In this document: in pieces, positions 9,489 through 18,887 of the stretch | How positions within the stretch are numbered: the first letter of the stretch is position 1 | Layout: each line of letters starts with the position of its first letter | Origin: Candidatus Poribacteria bacterium | Lineage (GTDB): Bacteria > Poribacteria > WGA-4E > WGA-3G | Assembly (NCBI GenBank): GCA_964291315.2 | Contig: OZ219750.1 | Location: 448,001-512,000 of the forward strand | Length of the DNA: 64,000 bases | Direction of reading: 5' to 3' | The notes under the pieces: generated by a model | What the model saw: only the letters and a program-made list of their open reading frames with translations | Databases searched by the model: none | Told to the model about the DNA's origin: nothing | Program-made: the position numbers and the translations under genes

Positions 9489-10727
9489 CTAATCGACGGT
9501 AAACTGAATTGTATCGAACCGCTGTGCCACCTTTGCAACCTGTGGTTTAAGTTTTTCAGGGTTACCTCCCGAAAGGGCGGTAACGATACACGCTGCGATG
9601 TCCGGGGCATCCTCGGGGGTCATTCCCCATCGGGTGACCTCTTGAACGCCGATACGTAACCCTGACTTTCCAACTTCTGGTGAGATCTGAGTTGTGTCTG
9701 TAATAATATGACATGCTTCCAAGTGGGTTGCGAGTGTCTCGCTGTCGCCATATTTATCTACGATCAGGATCAAAGTATGAGATTCCGTGAAGTCCAGATC
9801 GGCACTGAGTATCGTAACATCTCGTTCTGCTAATGCTCGCCCGAGTGCTTTAGCGTTGGTAACAATTGCGTCTGCTTGTGCCTCACCGCATTCCATCCAC
9901 TCTATAAACGTTCCCGCTAATGCTGGGAGCCGGTTCAGGTGGTGGTTGCTCATTAACAGAGGGTAGAGAGCTTTTGCCACCTGTTCAGCAATAGAGGCAT
10001 TATTTGTTAGGATCATTCCTCCTTGGGGGCCCGCGAGTGTTTTGTGGGTGCTGGAGATGATGACATCCGCTCCCTCATCGAACGGTGCCTGAAACCGGTT
10101 ACCCGCGATGAGTCCAATAACATGTGAGGCATCATAGATGAGATAGGAATCTGGATGTGCTTTTCTCATTGCTTGCTTCAGTTCTCGTACGGGTTGTGGG
10201 AAAAGGAAGACACCGGAGCCGACGTTAACAATCTTGGGTTTGTGTTCGGCAATTAGGGCGATCGTTCCGTCGAGGTCGATGTTTGAACGTCGTTCGTTCC
10301 ACGGAATGGGAATTGATCGTAGTTCCACTTTGAGTTTTGAGACCAGTAGTTTTTCAGCATAGCGGTGTCCGTTGTGGACTTCCAGTACTGTGTCCCCTGG
10401 TTTGGCTAATGCGAACATTGTTCCAATCCCGGCAATGTTTCCTGATAGGGGACGGAAGTCGACATATGCTGCGCCAAAAACCTCTTTTGCTAAGTTTTGG
10501 GTGTATCCTTCTATCTCGGCGATGTAGCGGTTGCCTTTGTAATTGCGTTTGTAAATATCGGTGCCAGAGTAATTCCCGTACCGCCGCGCCAACCGTTCGT
10601 CGAAAAGTTCTTCTACTAACGGGGAGGGGGTGTTCTCCGAAGCGATGAGATTCAGACAGGTGTTCCGGTATGCTTGATGCTTGTCAAGAAGTGAAGTGAG
10701 TTTTTGGATCTTTGCGTTATGTGTCAT
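9489..10727 (-). CDS. Serine hydroxymethyltransferase-like PLP enzyme (divergent)
   Basis: LNLIASEN, YDASH..GLIAG, PLP lysine in STHKTLAGPQGG, GLRIG. Confidence 0.8.
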   Translation of the reverse strand: MTHNAKIQKLTSLLDKHQAYRNTCLNLIASENTPSPLVEELFDERLARRYGNYSGTDIYKRNYKGNRYIAEIEGYTQNLAKEVFGAAYVDFRPLSGNIAGIGTMFALAKPGDTVLEVHNGHRYAEKLLVSKLKVELRSIPIPWNERRSNIDLDGTIALIAEHKPKIVNVGSGVFLFPQPVRELKQAMRKAHPDSYLIYDASHVIGLIAGNRFQAPFDEGADVIISSTHKTLAGPQGGMILTNNASIAEQVAKALYPLLMSNHHLNRLPALAGTFIEWMECGEAQADAIVTNAKALGRALAERDVTILSADLDFTESHTLILIVDKYGDSETLATHLEACHIITDTTQISPEVGKSGLRIGVQEVTRWGMTPEDAPDIAACIVTALSGGNPEKLKPQVAKVAQRFDTIQFTVD

Positions 10728-10795
10728 TGAAAGAAGTCTCCATTATTCAGAATTCAGACAGAGTTTGGACTGTTTGTATTGAGACAGAAATTGCT

Positions 10796-11081
10796 CAGAG
10801 CCATTCAATTGTCGATGTGTAGTTTCCGTATGTGTATGTTTGGATATGGTTACATCAGAGATAGCGTGACATTTCAGGCTATCTCTGATAGAATAGACCT
10901 CATTCTTATGAACAGACATATTTTGAGGTATATCATGACGAAAGCGAACGCTCGCCATCTGCTGAATATATTAGCAGATATTCCAGATTTTCGCAACCTG
11001 CGCGGCAGGCGGCATCTGCTCTCTGCTATCTACGCGCCCTCAACCTCATGAAAAAATATGAACGACAATTGAATGGCTCTG
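10796..11081 (+). mobile_element. ISAs1-family internal-deletion derivative (MITE), 286 bp
   Basis: Perfect 19-bp terminal IRs cagagccattcaattgtcg / cgacaattgaatggctctg; retains transposase N-terminus MTKANARHLLNILADIPDFRNLRGRRHLLSAI (from 10935). Confidence 0.8.
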
Positions 11082-11100
11082 GATTTTCTATTAAAAAAAC

Positions 11101-11129
11101 TTGACATGAGGTGCGTTTTAAGATATACT
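11101..11129 (+). promoter_or_regulatory. Sigma70-type promoter upstream of the poly-C leader ORF
   Basis: TTGACA-17bp-TATACT. Confidence 0.75.
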
Positions 11130-11188
11130 TAAAATAATATATTGTAGAAGCTGCAGCATGAAATAGTCCGAAAGCGAATTTGTAACCT

Positions 11189-11685
11189 ATGCGACATATG
11201 AAAGCTTTAGACACAGGTTCCAGAATTAGCACGTCAGATCGGCTTAGCCCCCTCTTGGGTATTCAGTGCCTATTATATCGTCTAATTTCTGCCTTTAGTT
11301 GGATTTTTAGCGATTACCCCCCCCCTTACCTTTACACATAGTAAGTATTTTATCCCCTTTATCACAAGACATACCCGCGCGCCGCGGCACTACCCACTTT
11401 GCGCCTGCTCGCCAGCTGACCCAACAGCACAAGATCGCACACCGGCCACAGAGCATCCGGCAGCCGAAGATAGGCAGGAGCAAAGCCGATCCTATAGCAA
11501 AAGAGACAGCCGCTCTATTCTTTTCATATGTTTTATGCTGGCGTTCCGTTTTCACGCACTTTAGGGACACTTGGTGCCGCCATTCAAAATACGCAAGGAC
11601 AAGGAGGACTGAAATTTGGAGGCTGCCCCTGTTACCTCTTCCTATGGAGAGCTGGAGGGTTCTTCACATAAAGTTTGTTTCGTAA
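11189..11685 (+). other. Poly-C (C9, 11317-11325) leader ORF, currently out of frame: 50 aa with C9 (stop 11339-11341), 165 aa with C10 (stop 11683-11685)
   Basis: Manual translation; ungapped similarity to ORF 41783..42220; the shifted frame is stop-free from 11326 to 11682. Confidence 0.6.
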
Positions 11686-11760
11686 GCAGAGAGAATGGAT
11701 CTGTCATCCGTGATTCCATTCTTATTTGATTTATGTTTAATATATGAATAACAGAGGAGG

Positions 11761-14646
11761 ATGAGACTGATGTTAATGTTATGGAATAAAATGAGACTAT
11801 TTGTGGTGTTGGGCCTGGTGTGTTTCTTCTCAACATCCCGGGCTTCCGCTCTTCAGCAGGATAACGCATGGCAATCGAAGAAAGGTAGTTTTTATGTTTT
11901 CACAGCCGGAAGTGAATCCTTAATACCTACACTCGCTGACAACGGCATCGTGGACACGGTAAAAGGGGGACCGATAACTTGGGGTAGAGCTTCTGGCCTT
12001 ACTTATTTTCCGGACACCTGGTCGGAACTGCAGGAGCTATTCCGCGGAGGCGGCGGGCTTGCCGTTGCAGTGAGGATTCCGGCTACAAGCGACACGGGCC
12101 AGTTCACGTTTGCTAAGCATAAAAGTTGGGCTGCTACAAAGGCAGAGGCGGACAAGTTCGAGGTTACCGAGGAGACAAAAGCCTTGGCGAAGACGTTCAA
12201 GCAGGCAATTGTTTTCAGCGAGGTCATGTGGGGTCGGGATTTCGCTGCGAGAACTGATGGTCCCGGCGAGTTTGGGGCCCAATGGGTTGAATTTTACGTC
12301 AACAAACTTTTGAAAAGCGACGATGAGGTGGTATTCAGATCATATAGTAATGCTACCGAGATGCCTGCTCCGGGTGAGATAGTATCAGTAACTACGGGCG
12401 GCGGTTCTAATTTTTATCGCTATCATTATGTCTTTTTGGATCGTATATCAACGATCGATCGTTGGGGTAGGAATTGGTTCCCGGATGCGCCGGGTAAAGA
12501 TGGTGATAGCGACGGCAACACAAATGCCGGCCTGCCTCCGACGCCTGTGGTCTCTATGTATCGGGATATCAAACTTGACAGCACAGGGAAGGCGTATGCG
12601 GTCAAAGATGGTAACCTGGATGGACTCGGTGATGGCAGCGAACCCAGCGCCTGGAAGGAGTCCGTCGGCCGCGTGAACATGGCGGGGCACTTCATCGGTT
12701 CCCCGGGCAGCGTTCACGTGCTTCATCCTGGCGGTCCCCATGTAACAAGGTTTGATAAGGCGCCTAAGGATGAAGATATCACGGCTACCGGCATCATCAT
12801 CAATGAGGTGTACAACGACCCGTCAAGTGCGAACTTGGATTGGATAGAGTTGTTCTATAATACCGATGACGCGGCAGCTGCATCTATAAGCATAGAGAAC
12901 TATAAGTTGAGCTTGGTGATGGGCAAGATGAAGTCTGATGGTAGCGGGTATAACGAGTCTGGGGATGCCAACTTCACGGAGACGAGCCTTGCGGTGCTGC
13001 CGAAATACAAGATGCGGCCTGGGGAGTATCTGGTGGTCTATAACCGGGAGCCTGGGAAGAGCGTTAAGCTCGCTGGGGGTGTGAACGTTAGCAACCTGTT
13101 GGACAGAACGGACATCAACATGGGTGCGACGCACAAGTATGCGGTTGCGAAGGATCTGAGTCTGCCTGCTACGGGCAAGTTCCTGATCCTGTTGCGCACG
13201 CGGAATAGTGCGGATGACGTTGGCAAGCCGACGAACATCAAAGACTACGCTGGCAACGGTTTCTTCAAGCGCATGGAAGATGGAAAGTTCAACACGTACC
13301 TCTGGCCGTTCGTGGGTTGGACGAAGCCGGGAGATGTGGATGATAACGACTTCGGTGGTATGAACAGCTTCTCTTCTCGGAGCATGTCGTTCGGTCGCGG
13401 TGTCCACTTGAACGCGAAGGGGATGTATTGGGCGAAGTCTCGTGCGAATCGTGTCCACAAAGACGACTGGCAGTCGTTTGGTTTCATGGGTGCTGGCTAC
13501 GATCGCGGCAAAGATAAAACGATTGACAAGGCGAGTTCCCCTGGCACGCCGGGGTATCCGAACATGGTAGTGGGCATGATCGCTGATGACAAAGACACCG
13601 CATCGACTGAAGACGACTATGCGTTTGATGGAACAGTGACGATCAGCGAGATCATGTATGATGCGGGACCGCGCTGGGACTTGGTGCAGTGGATAGAGCT
13701 CTACAATAGTTCTATGACGGAGACGCTAAACCTTGAAGGGTGGGAGTTTGAGATCCGCAACGCCGACACAAACGTAGATGCGTATGTGGATGCGTCTTTC
13801 ACGTTTGCTGCGGGGACGTATCTGCCGCCGAATCAGACGTTGCTGCTGGTGTCGAAGAACGGTGTGAACGATGTGCCGGAGAACTACGTATACAATCTGC
13901 AGCAGAAGCATCGTAGCGATCTCGGGTTGACGGCGAACGGTCGCCGGTTGCTGAGTGCGGAGGGTTTCCGTCTGGAGCTGCGTGCGAAGATCAGCGAAGG
14001 CGGTCAGTCCCGGTTGCGGGTGATGGACACGGCTGGCAACGTTGAGATAGTGGAGGGTCTGCGCAAGCGTGCGTGGGAACTGCCGAAGCGTGGGGATGTG
14101 CGGATGTCTATTGTGCGCAAGTCTGGAGGCATCTTCAATAACATGACAGAGGGTTCTGGTCCGCATGCTGCGGATGACGGTCTGATGAAAACCTCTTGGC
14201 GGAAGGGTTCCTCGCTGACGTACTACGGACATCGTGACGATATCGGCACGCCGGGTCATCGTGCTGGGGGACCGCTGCCCGTGTCGCTCTCGAGTTTCCG
14301 GCCTGTTCGCGATGCCTCGACGGGCCACGTTGAGATTACGTGGGTAACGCAGTCAGAGCTGAACAATGCGGGGTTCAATATCCTACGCAGTGAGAGCAAG
14401 ACCGGTGAGTTTGCGGTTATCAACGCCGAGGGTCTGATTGCTGGCCACGGCACGACGTCTGAGAGGCATGTGTATCGCTACACAGATACGACTGCGAAGC
14501 CGAGTGTGGTGTATTATTACCAGATAGAAGATGTCTCTATGGATGGGGTGCGCACGACGTTACGGACGACGCATCTGCGTGGGGATGTCTCTGCGAATGG
14601 TAAGCTCACGACGCGTTGGGGAGAGCTGAAATCGTCTGATAAATAA
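11761..14646 (+). CDS. Large secreted lamin-tail-domain protein with PLPVSLSSF Ig-like domain and C-terminal KLTTRWGELK motif
   Basis: Signal peptide; three (I/F)(S/N)E(V/I).. / QW(V/I)E(L/F)Y LTD-like units; W.TQSELNNAGFNILRS domain; start may be 11770. Confidence 0.85.
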   Translation: MRLMLMLWNKMRLFVVLGLVCFFSTSRASALQQDNAWQSKKGSFYVFTAGSESLIPTLADNGIVDTVKGGPITWGRASGLTYFPDTWSELQELFRGGGGLAVAVRIPATSDTGQFTFAKHKSWAATKAEADKFEVTEETKALAKTFKQAIVFSEVMWGRDFAARTDGPGEFGAQWVEFYVNKLLKSDDEVVFRSYSNATEMPAPGEIVSVTTGGGSNFYRYHYVFLDRISTIDRWGRNWFPDAPGKDGDSDGNTNAGLPPTPVVSMYRDIKLDSTGKAYAVKDGNLDGLGDGSEPSAWKESVGRVNMAGHFIGSPGSVHVLHPGGPHVTRFDKAPKDEDITATGIIINEVYNDPSSANLDWIELFYNTDDAAAASISIENYKLSLVMGKMKSDGSGYNESGDANFTETSLAVLPKYKMRPGEYLVVYNREPGKSVKLAGGVNVSNLLDRTDINMGATHKYAVAKDLSLPATGKFLILLRTRNSADDVGKPTNIKDYAGNGFFKRMEDGKFNTYLWPFVGWTKPGDVDDNDFGGMNSFSSRSMSFGRGVHLNAKGMYWAKSRANRVHKDDWQSFGFMGAGYDRGKDKTIDKASSPGTPGYPNMVVGMIADDKDTASTEDDYAFDGTVTISEIMYDAGPRWDLVQWIELYNSSMTETLNLEGWEFEIRNADTNVDAYVDASFTFAAGTYLPPNQTLLLVSKNGVNDVPENYVYNLQQKHRSDLGLTANGRRLLSAEGFRLELRAKISEGGQSRLRVMDTAGNVEIVEGLRKRAWELPKRGDVRMSIVRKSGGIFNNMTEGSGPHAADDGLMKTSWRKGSSLTYYGHRDDIGTPGHRAGGPLPVSLSSFRPVRDASTGHVEITWVTQSELNNAGFNILRSESKTGEFAVINAEGLIAGHGTTSERHVYRYTDTTAKPSVVYYYQIEDVSMDGVRTTLRTTHLRGDVSANGKLTTRWGELKSSDK

Positions 14647-14698
14647 CAGACAAGAAGGTTAGACAGAGATAGACAACTCTGAATCCGACTAACCAAAC

Positions 14699-14739
14699 GT
14701 TGGGGGGTGGAACGTATGTTTCGCCCCCCAACTTTTTTT
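14699..14739 (+). terminator. Rho-independent terminator
   Basis: gttgggggg...cccccc aac stem followed by T7. Confidence 0.85.
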
Positions 14740-14890
14740 AAGAAAGTGATAGAGGCACAGGATACCAGCAGCCTATGCTACAACACTGCACAGCCGCATC
14801 TGATACATGCTAATGTTGGCTATGGAAATTGCTTGACGTTCCTTAAAAATTCTATTAAGATGAGAGAAAACAGACTGGAACGAGGAAATT

Positions 14891-16243
14891 ATGCCGAAAC
14901 CGACAGATATCCGCATTCTTAATGTTGGTTATGATTTTGAAGAACATAAATACCGCACCCCGCTCAAGTTCGGAGGAGTACCGACGGATCGCTGTGTTCT
15001 GTTTAACGTACGTATGCGAGTTCAGACACGTGCTGGGAAAGAAGCAGAAGGTAAAGGTTCAATGCCGCTTGGCAATGTTTGGGCGTTTCCGCCGCGCTAT
15101 GCCCCTTTTGACCAGAGTCTCACAGCGATGAAGAAACTTGCTGAATTAGCGGTTAGGGCAACACAGGATTGTACGTTGTGTGCGCACCCGCTTGAACTCT
15201 CCGAAGTGCTTGAACCCGAATTTCTACGAATCGCCGACGCTTTGTCCAACACTATGCAGCTTGCGTCACCAATACCCAAGCTCTGTACTGTTGTTACGAC
15301 GAGTCCTATTGACGCAGCCATTCACGATGGGTTTGGGAAAGCAAACGGTGTTAATAGTTATAACGGATTAGGCGAAGATTTTATTGAGGCAGATCTGTCT
15401 CACTTTTTGAATGAACACTTCGCGGGAAAATATCTGGACCGGTACACGTCCCGCCACCCCAAGATAAGTATGCCGCTTTACCATCTCGTCGGTGCCCTCG
15501 ATCCACTCACTGATGCGGATATTGCAGAACGTCTCGATGACGGTTTACCGGAAACCCTTCCGGAATGGATCGTTGCTGATGGTTTGACGCACTTGAAAAT
15601 CAAACTCAACGGCGATGACCTGGCTTGGGACGTGGCGCGCGTCCTTGCAATTGATAAAATTGCCGCAGAAACGCAGGCAAAACGTGGCATTGACGTGTGG
15701 CGCTATTCGGTTGATTTTAATGAAACCTGCCAAGACGTAGAATATCTGTTGGCATTCCTCAGCCAGATCCAGGAGGCAGAGCGTGGAGTTTTTCAACGTC
15801 TTGCCTACATCGAGCAACCCACAGATCGGAATCTGAAGGGGCATCCCGAAAATAAGATGCACAAAGCCGCCGAGATAAAACCGGTGGTCATTGACGAATC
15901 ACTGACCGACTTTGAGACTTTTCTGCTCGCGCGCGAGCAAGGATATTCGGGGGTTGCGCTCAAAGCATGTAAGGGACAATCTCAGGCGTTGTTAATGGGT
16001 GCAGCAGCTGCAGAATACGGTATGTTTCTTGCGGTTCAGGACCTAACATGTCCGGGGGCTTCCTTCTTGCATTCAGCGGGACTTGCTGCCCGCATTCCCG
16101 GTGTAACGGCTATTGAAGGCAACTCACGTCAATTCTGTCCAAGTGCTAATGACAGTTGGATCGATAAATTTCCATCAATTTTTAACATCACTGACGGTAC
16201 TGTGGGAACGTATGTACTGACGGCCCCCGGACTTGGACATTGA
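14891..16243 (+). CDS. Mandelate racemase/enolase-superfamily enzyme
   Basis: KIK motif (HLKIKLNG), metal ligands in VDFNE, YIEQP, IDES; ALKACKG. Confidence 0.85.
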   Translation: MPKPTDIRILNVGYDFEEHKYRTPLKFGGVPTDRCVLFNVRMRVQTRAGKEAEGKGSMPLGNVWAFPPRYAPFDQSLTAMKKLAELAVRATQDCTLCAHPLELSEVLEPEFLRIADALSNTMQLASPIPKLCTVVTTSPIDAAIHDGFGKANGVNSYNGLGEDFIEADLSHFLNEHFAGKYLDRYTSRHPKISMPLYHLVGALDPLTDADIAERLDDGLPETLPEWIVADGLTHLKIKLNGDDLAWDVARVLAIDKIAAETQAKRGIDVWRYSVDFNETCQDVEYLLAFLSQIQEAERGVFQRLAYIEQPTDRNLKGHPENKMHKAAEIKPVVIDESLTDFETFLLAREQGYSGVALKACKGQSQALLMGAAAAEYGMFLAVQDLTCPGASFLHSAGLAARIPGVTAIEGNSRQFCPSANDSWIDKFPSIFNITDGTVGTYVLTAPGLGH

Positions 16244-16391
16244 TCGCTAAAGTAGGACTGAAATATGCCAATTGTCTCGCACAGAGCATTTGAGTGGTTT
16301 GATATTAAGAGTGCCGGCGGATTTTTATGCTTCCGGCTTCCGGGAGAAATAACGTTAAACGCGTTCCGCAATTCGAGCTTCTGATTTCAAG

Positions 16392-16454
16392 ATTATACCA
16401 AAAGGGTTCTGTTTGAACAAAGAAAACACGGAATTATTTACCAAACTTGCGTAA
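16392..16454. repeat. Right-end fragment of the TAACGTGAG-ended MITE family
   Basis: attataccaaaagggttctgtttgaacaaagaaaacacggaattatttaccaaacttgcgtaa resembles 41659-41719. Confidence 0.6.
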
Positions 16455-17010
16455 AAATGTTAGACTAGTATAACATTGCAACCTCGGCGCTGAGTGTTTG
16501 TAACCCTGTGTGAGGCGTGGATTCCGAGCCCTTTTTAAGTGTTGATTTTTGCTGTGAAAAAAGGATTTAGCCAAAAGTGTAAAATTTTATTGTTCGCATT
16601 ATTAATTCAAGTTTGCGTTATATATGATACCATATATAATGTCGGGATGCAATTTTTTTATCAATGGATAGATGGCCTCTGCTGTGTCCGCAATTTTAGA
16701 TTTTCGGTTTTAGAGACCCTAACCTACTATATCGTTTGGGCGTTTTTTTGCGTTTCCGTGTACTGTTTCCGAACTGTCCGCACGATGAACGTCATGCTTG
16801 AGGTGTTAAAAATTAAACAGGTAAAAAGGGCGTGATAGCTATTAGGAAGAGCACCGACTCTTAACGCAATGTGTTTATCAGTAATGTCTGCCCCGGAATA
16901 TAAAACGCGGAGTTCCTTGGAAATTTCGTCCTGATGTTTGCCCTTCCCTCGTGTTGAGAAACGCTGTGTATTATGGGGTTGTTATTGTGTATCCATATAA
17001 ATGGGTCAGC

Positions 17011-18669
17011 CTATTTTCCTGGCTCCACAATTGTTATGTATGTATTGATTGGCGCGTCGTCCAATTCCTGTGTTGTGCCGCTTTGCCAAACAACAGTAAT
17101 CTTCTGAACGTGTTGATGCATTCCTAAGCCGAATAGCAGGCGTGTGTCGCTTCCGGAGGCGTAGCTTGAACCGCTCTTTACTTCCCGAATCTGTGTCACG
17201 CCGCCGGTTACAAGTTGGACCTTTGCCCCAATACCGTCCCTATTGCTACGGGTGCCGATTAGTTTAATGCCGACCCAATTCTTCATGTTTCCGCCATCAT
17301 TTCGAAGCAAAACGGCGCGCTGGTTGGAATTCATGATAACAATATCGGTATCCCCGTCATTGTCGTAGTCTGCCATAGCGGCGGCTCTTCCGACAAGCGT
17401 TTCTTGAAAGTAAACGCCAGCGGTTTCTGAAACGTCCGTGTAACGCCCGTTTCCGTTGTTCCGAAACATCTGGTCGCGCTGCGCGTAAGTTTCGTGATCG
17501 GTCAAAGTCGCGATGACATCTTGTGGATGTCCGTTTGCACAAAACAGGTCGAGATGTCCGTCATTATCGTAATCTAGAAAGAGTGGACTGAAACCAACGA
17601 AAGAGAGTGTTGGCTGCTCTAGGCCGCTATCGGCAGTTGCATCAACGAAGAAGAGACCTTCTTGATTTTTATAAAGGGTTGCCTTCTCTGAATTCGCGAT
17701 AATGAAATCAGACCATCCATCCCCGTTATAATCCCCGGTGTCCACGCCCATAGAGCCTTCGGCGACCCCCTTTTCATCGTAACCGATCCCAATAAAGAGG
17801 CTCTCATCAGTGAAGGTGCCGTCGCTGTTGTTATGATACATGAAATTCCGGTTGGTATCGTTGGCGACGTAAACGTCAGAAAATCCGTCATGATCGTAGT
17901 CACAGGCAATGGCTGCCATCCCTCTGCCTTCACTCGGGTTTGTGACCCCGGCTGCTTCGGCGATGTTCGTAAAGGTGCCGTCCCCGTTGTTCCGATAAAG
18001 CACATCAGGTGTTCCCTCATAGCTGCGCGGGTGTCCGTATCCGACAATACCTCTATAGGTTGTTATTGGCATCGACAGTTCGTAAACAAGATAGTTAACA
18101 ACAAAAATATCCAAATCGCCATCGATGTCAAAATCGAGGTAGACAGCTGCAATACCCCAGAGGGGGTTATCAATCCCCGCGGCTTTGGTGATGTCGGTGA
18201 ATGTACCGTCCCCGTTATTTCGGTAGAGCGTATCGTTTCCGAAGTTTGCGATGTAGAGATCTGCATCGCCGTCATTATCAATATCTCCTGCAGCAGCTGC
18301 CATCCCGTAGCTTGTATCTCCTACGCCTGCCTGTTCGGTGACATCTGTCCAACGTCCATTCCCTTCGTTGCGATAGAGGGCATTTCCGGGGTTTCTCTGT
18401 TGTCGGTTTGGTGCCTCTTGTGGAATAGATCCGCTGTTAACAAAATAAAGATCGACATCACTATCTGCATCATAATCAAAAAAGACGACCCCGGATCCCA
18501 TCGTTTCAATAATGTGTTTATGCTCAGTTTTACCGTTGTTGTGCCTGAATTGGATGCCGGCTGCTTCGGTAACATCCGTGAAAGTAGGCAGTTCTGCGGC
18601 AGCATTGCCGATAGTGAGTAGGAAGAATATCTGTACGCTTAATTTAAGTTGCCGCTTATTCATGGACAT
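17011..18669 (-). CDS. CRTAC1/ASPIC-UnbV family FG-GAP repeat protein
   Basis: FTDVTE.AG, D.D.DGD.DL repeats, LYRNNGDGTF, C-terminal SNRDGIGAKV...SGSSY.S....LLFGLG. Confidence 0.92.
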   Translation of the reverse strand: MSMNKRQLKLSVQIFFLLTIGNAAAELPTFTDVTEAAGIQFRHNNGKTEHKHIIETMGSGVVFFDYDADSDVDLYFVNSGSIPQEAPNRQQRNPGNALYRNEGNGRWTDVTEQAGVGDTSYGMAAAAGDIDNDGDADLYIANFGNDTLYRNNGDGTFTDITKAAGIDNPLWGIAAVYLDFDIDGDLDIFVVNYLVYELSMPITTYRGIVGYGHPRSYEGTPDVLYRNNGDGTFTNIAEAAGVTNPSEGRGMAAIACDYDHDGFSDVYVANDTNRNFMYHNNSDGTFTDESLFIGIGYDEKGVAEGSMGVDTGDYNGDGWSDFIIANSEKATLYKNQEGLFFVDATADSGLEQPTLSFVGFSPLFLDYDNDGHLDLFCANGHPQDVIATLTDHETYAQRDQMFRNNGNGRYTDVSETAGVYFQETLVGRAAAMADYDNDGDTDIVIMNSNQRAVLLRNDGGNMKNWVGIKLIGTRSNRDGIGAKVQLVTGGVTQIREVKSGSSYASGSDTRLLFGLGMHQHVQKITVVWQSGTTQELDDAPINTYITIVEPGK

Positions 18670-18806
18670 AACACCTCGCTGGAGTGCAGCTTGCCCGATC
18701 GTTTTCTATGAACATGGCACACCCTTGAGGTGTGAAGAGATACTTTTCCGTGAAATCCGTAAAATCCGAGAGCGCAAGTTTACAGGGCTTATTAGGTAGC
18801 AAAACT

Positions 18807-18880
18807 TAATGTGAGTTTGGTAAATACTTGGCTAATTTTTGTCCAAAGAGAGTATTGTGGTGCAATGAAGCTATCAAATG
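18807..18880 (+). repeat. Direct repeat 1 flanking mod (MITE-end derived)
   Basis: Aligns to 20906-20978 with about 15 differences in 74 nt (by eye). Confidence 0.75.
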
Positions 18881-18887
18881 AGTTTGT

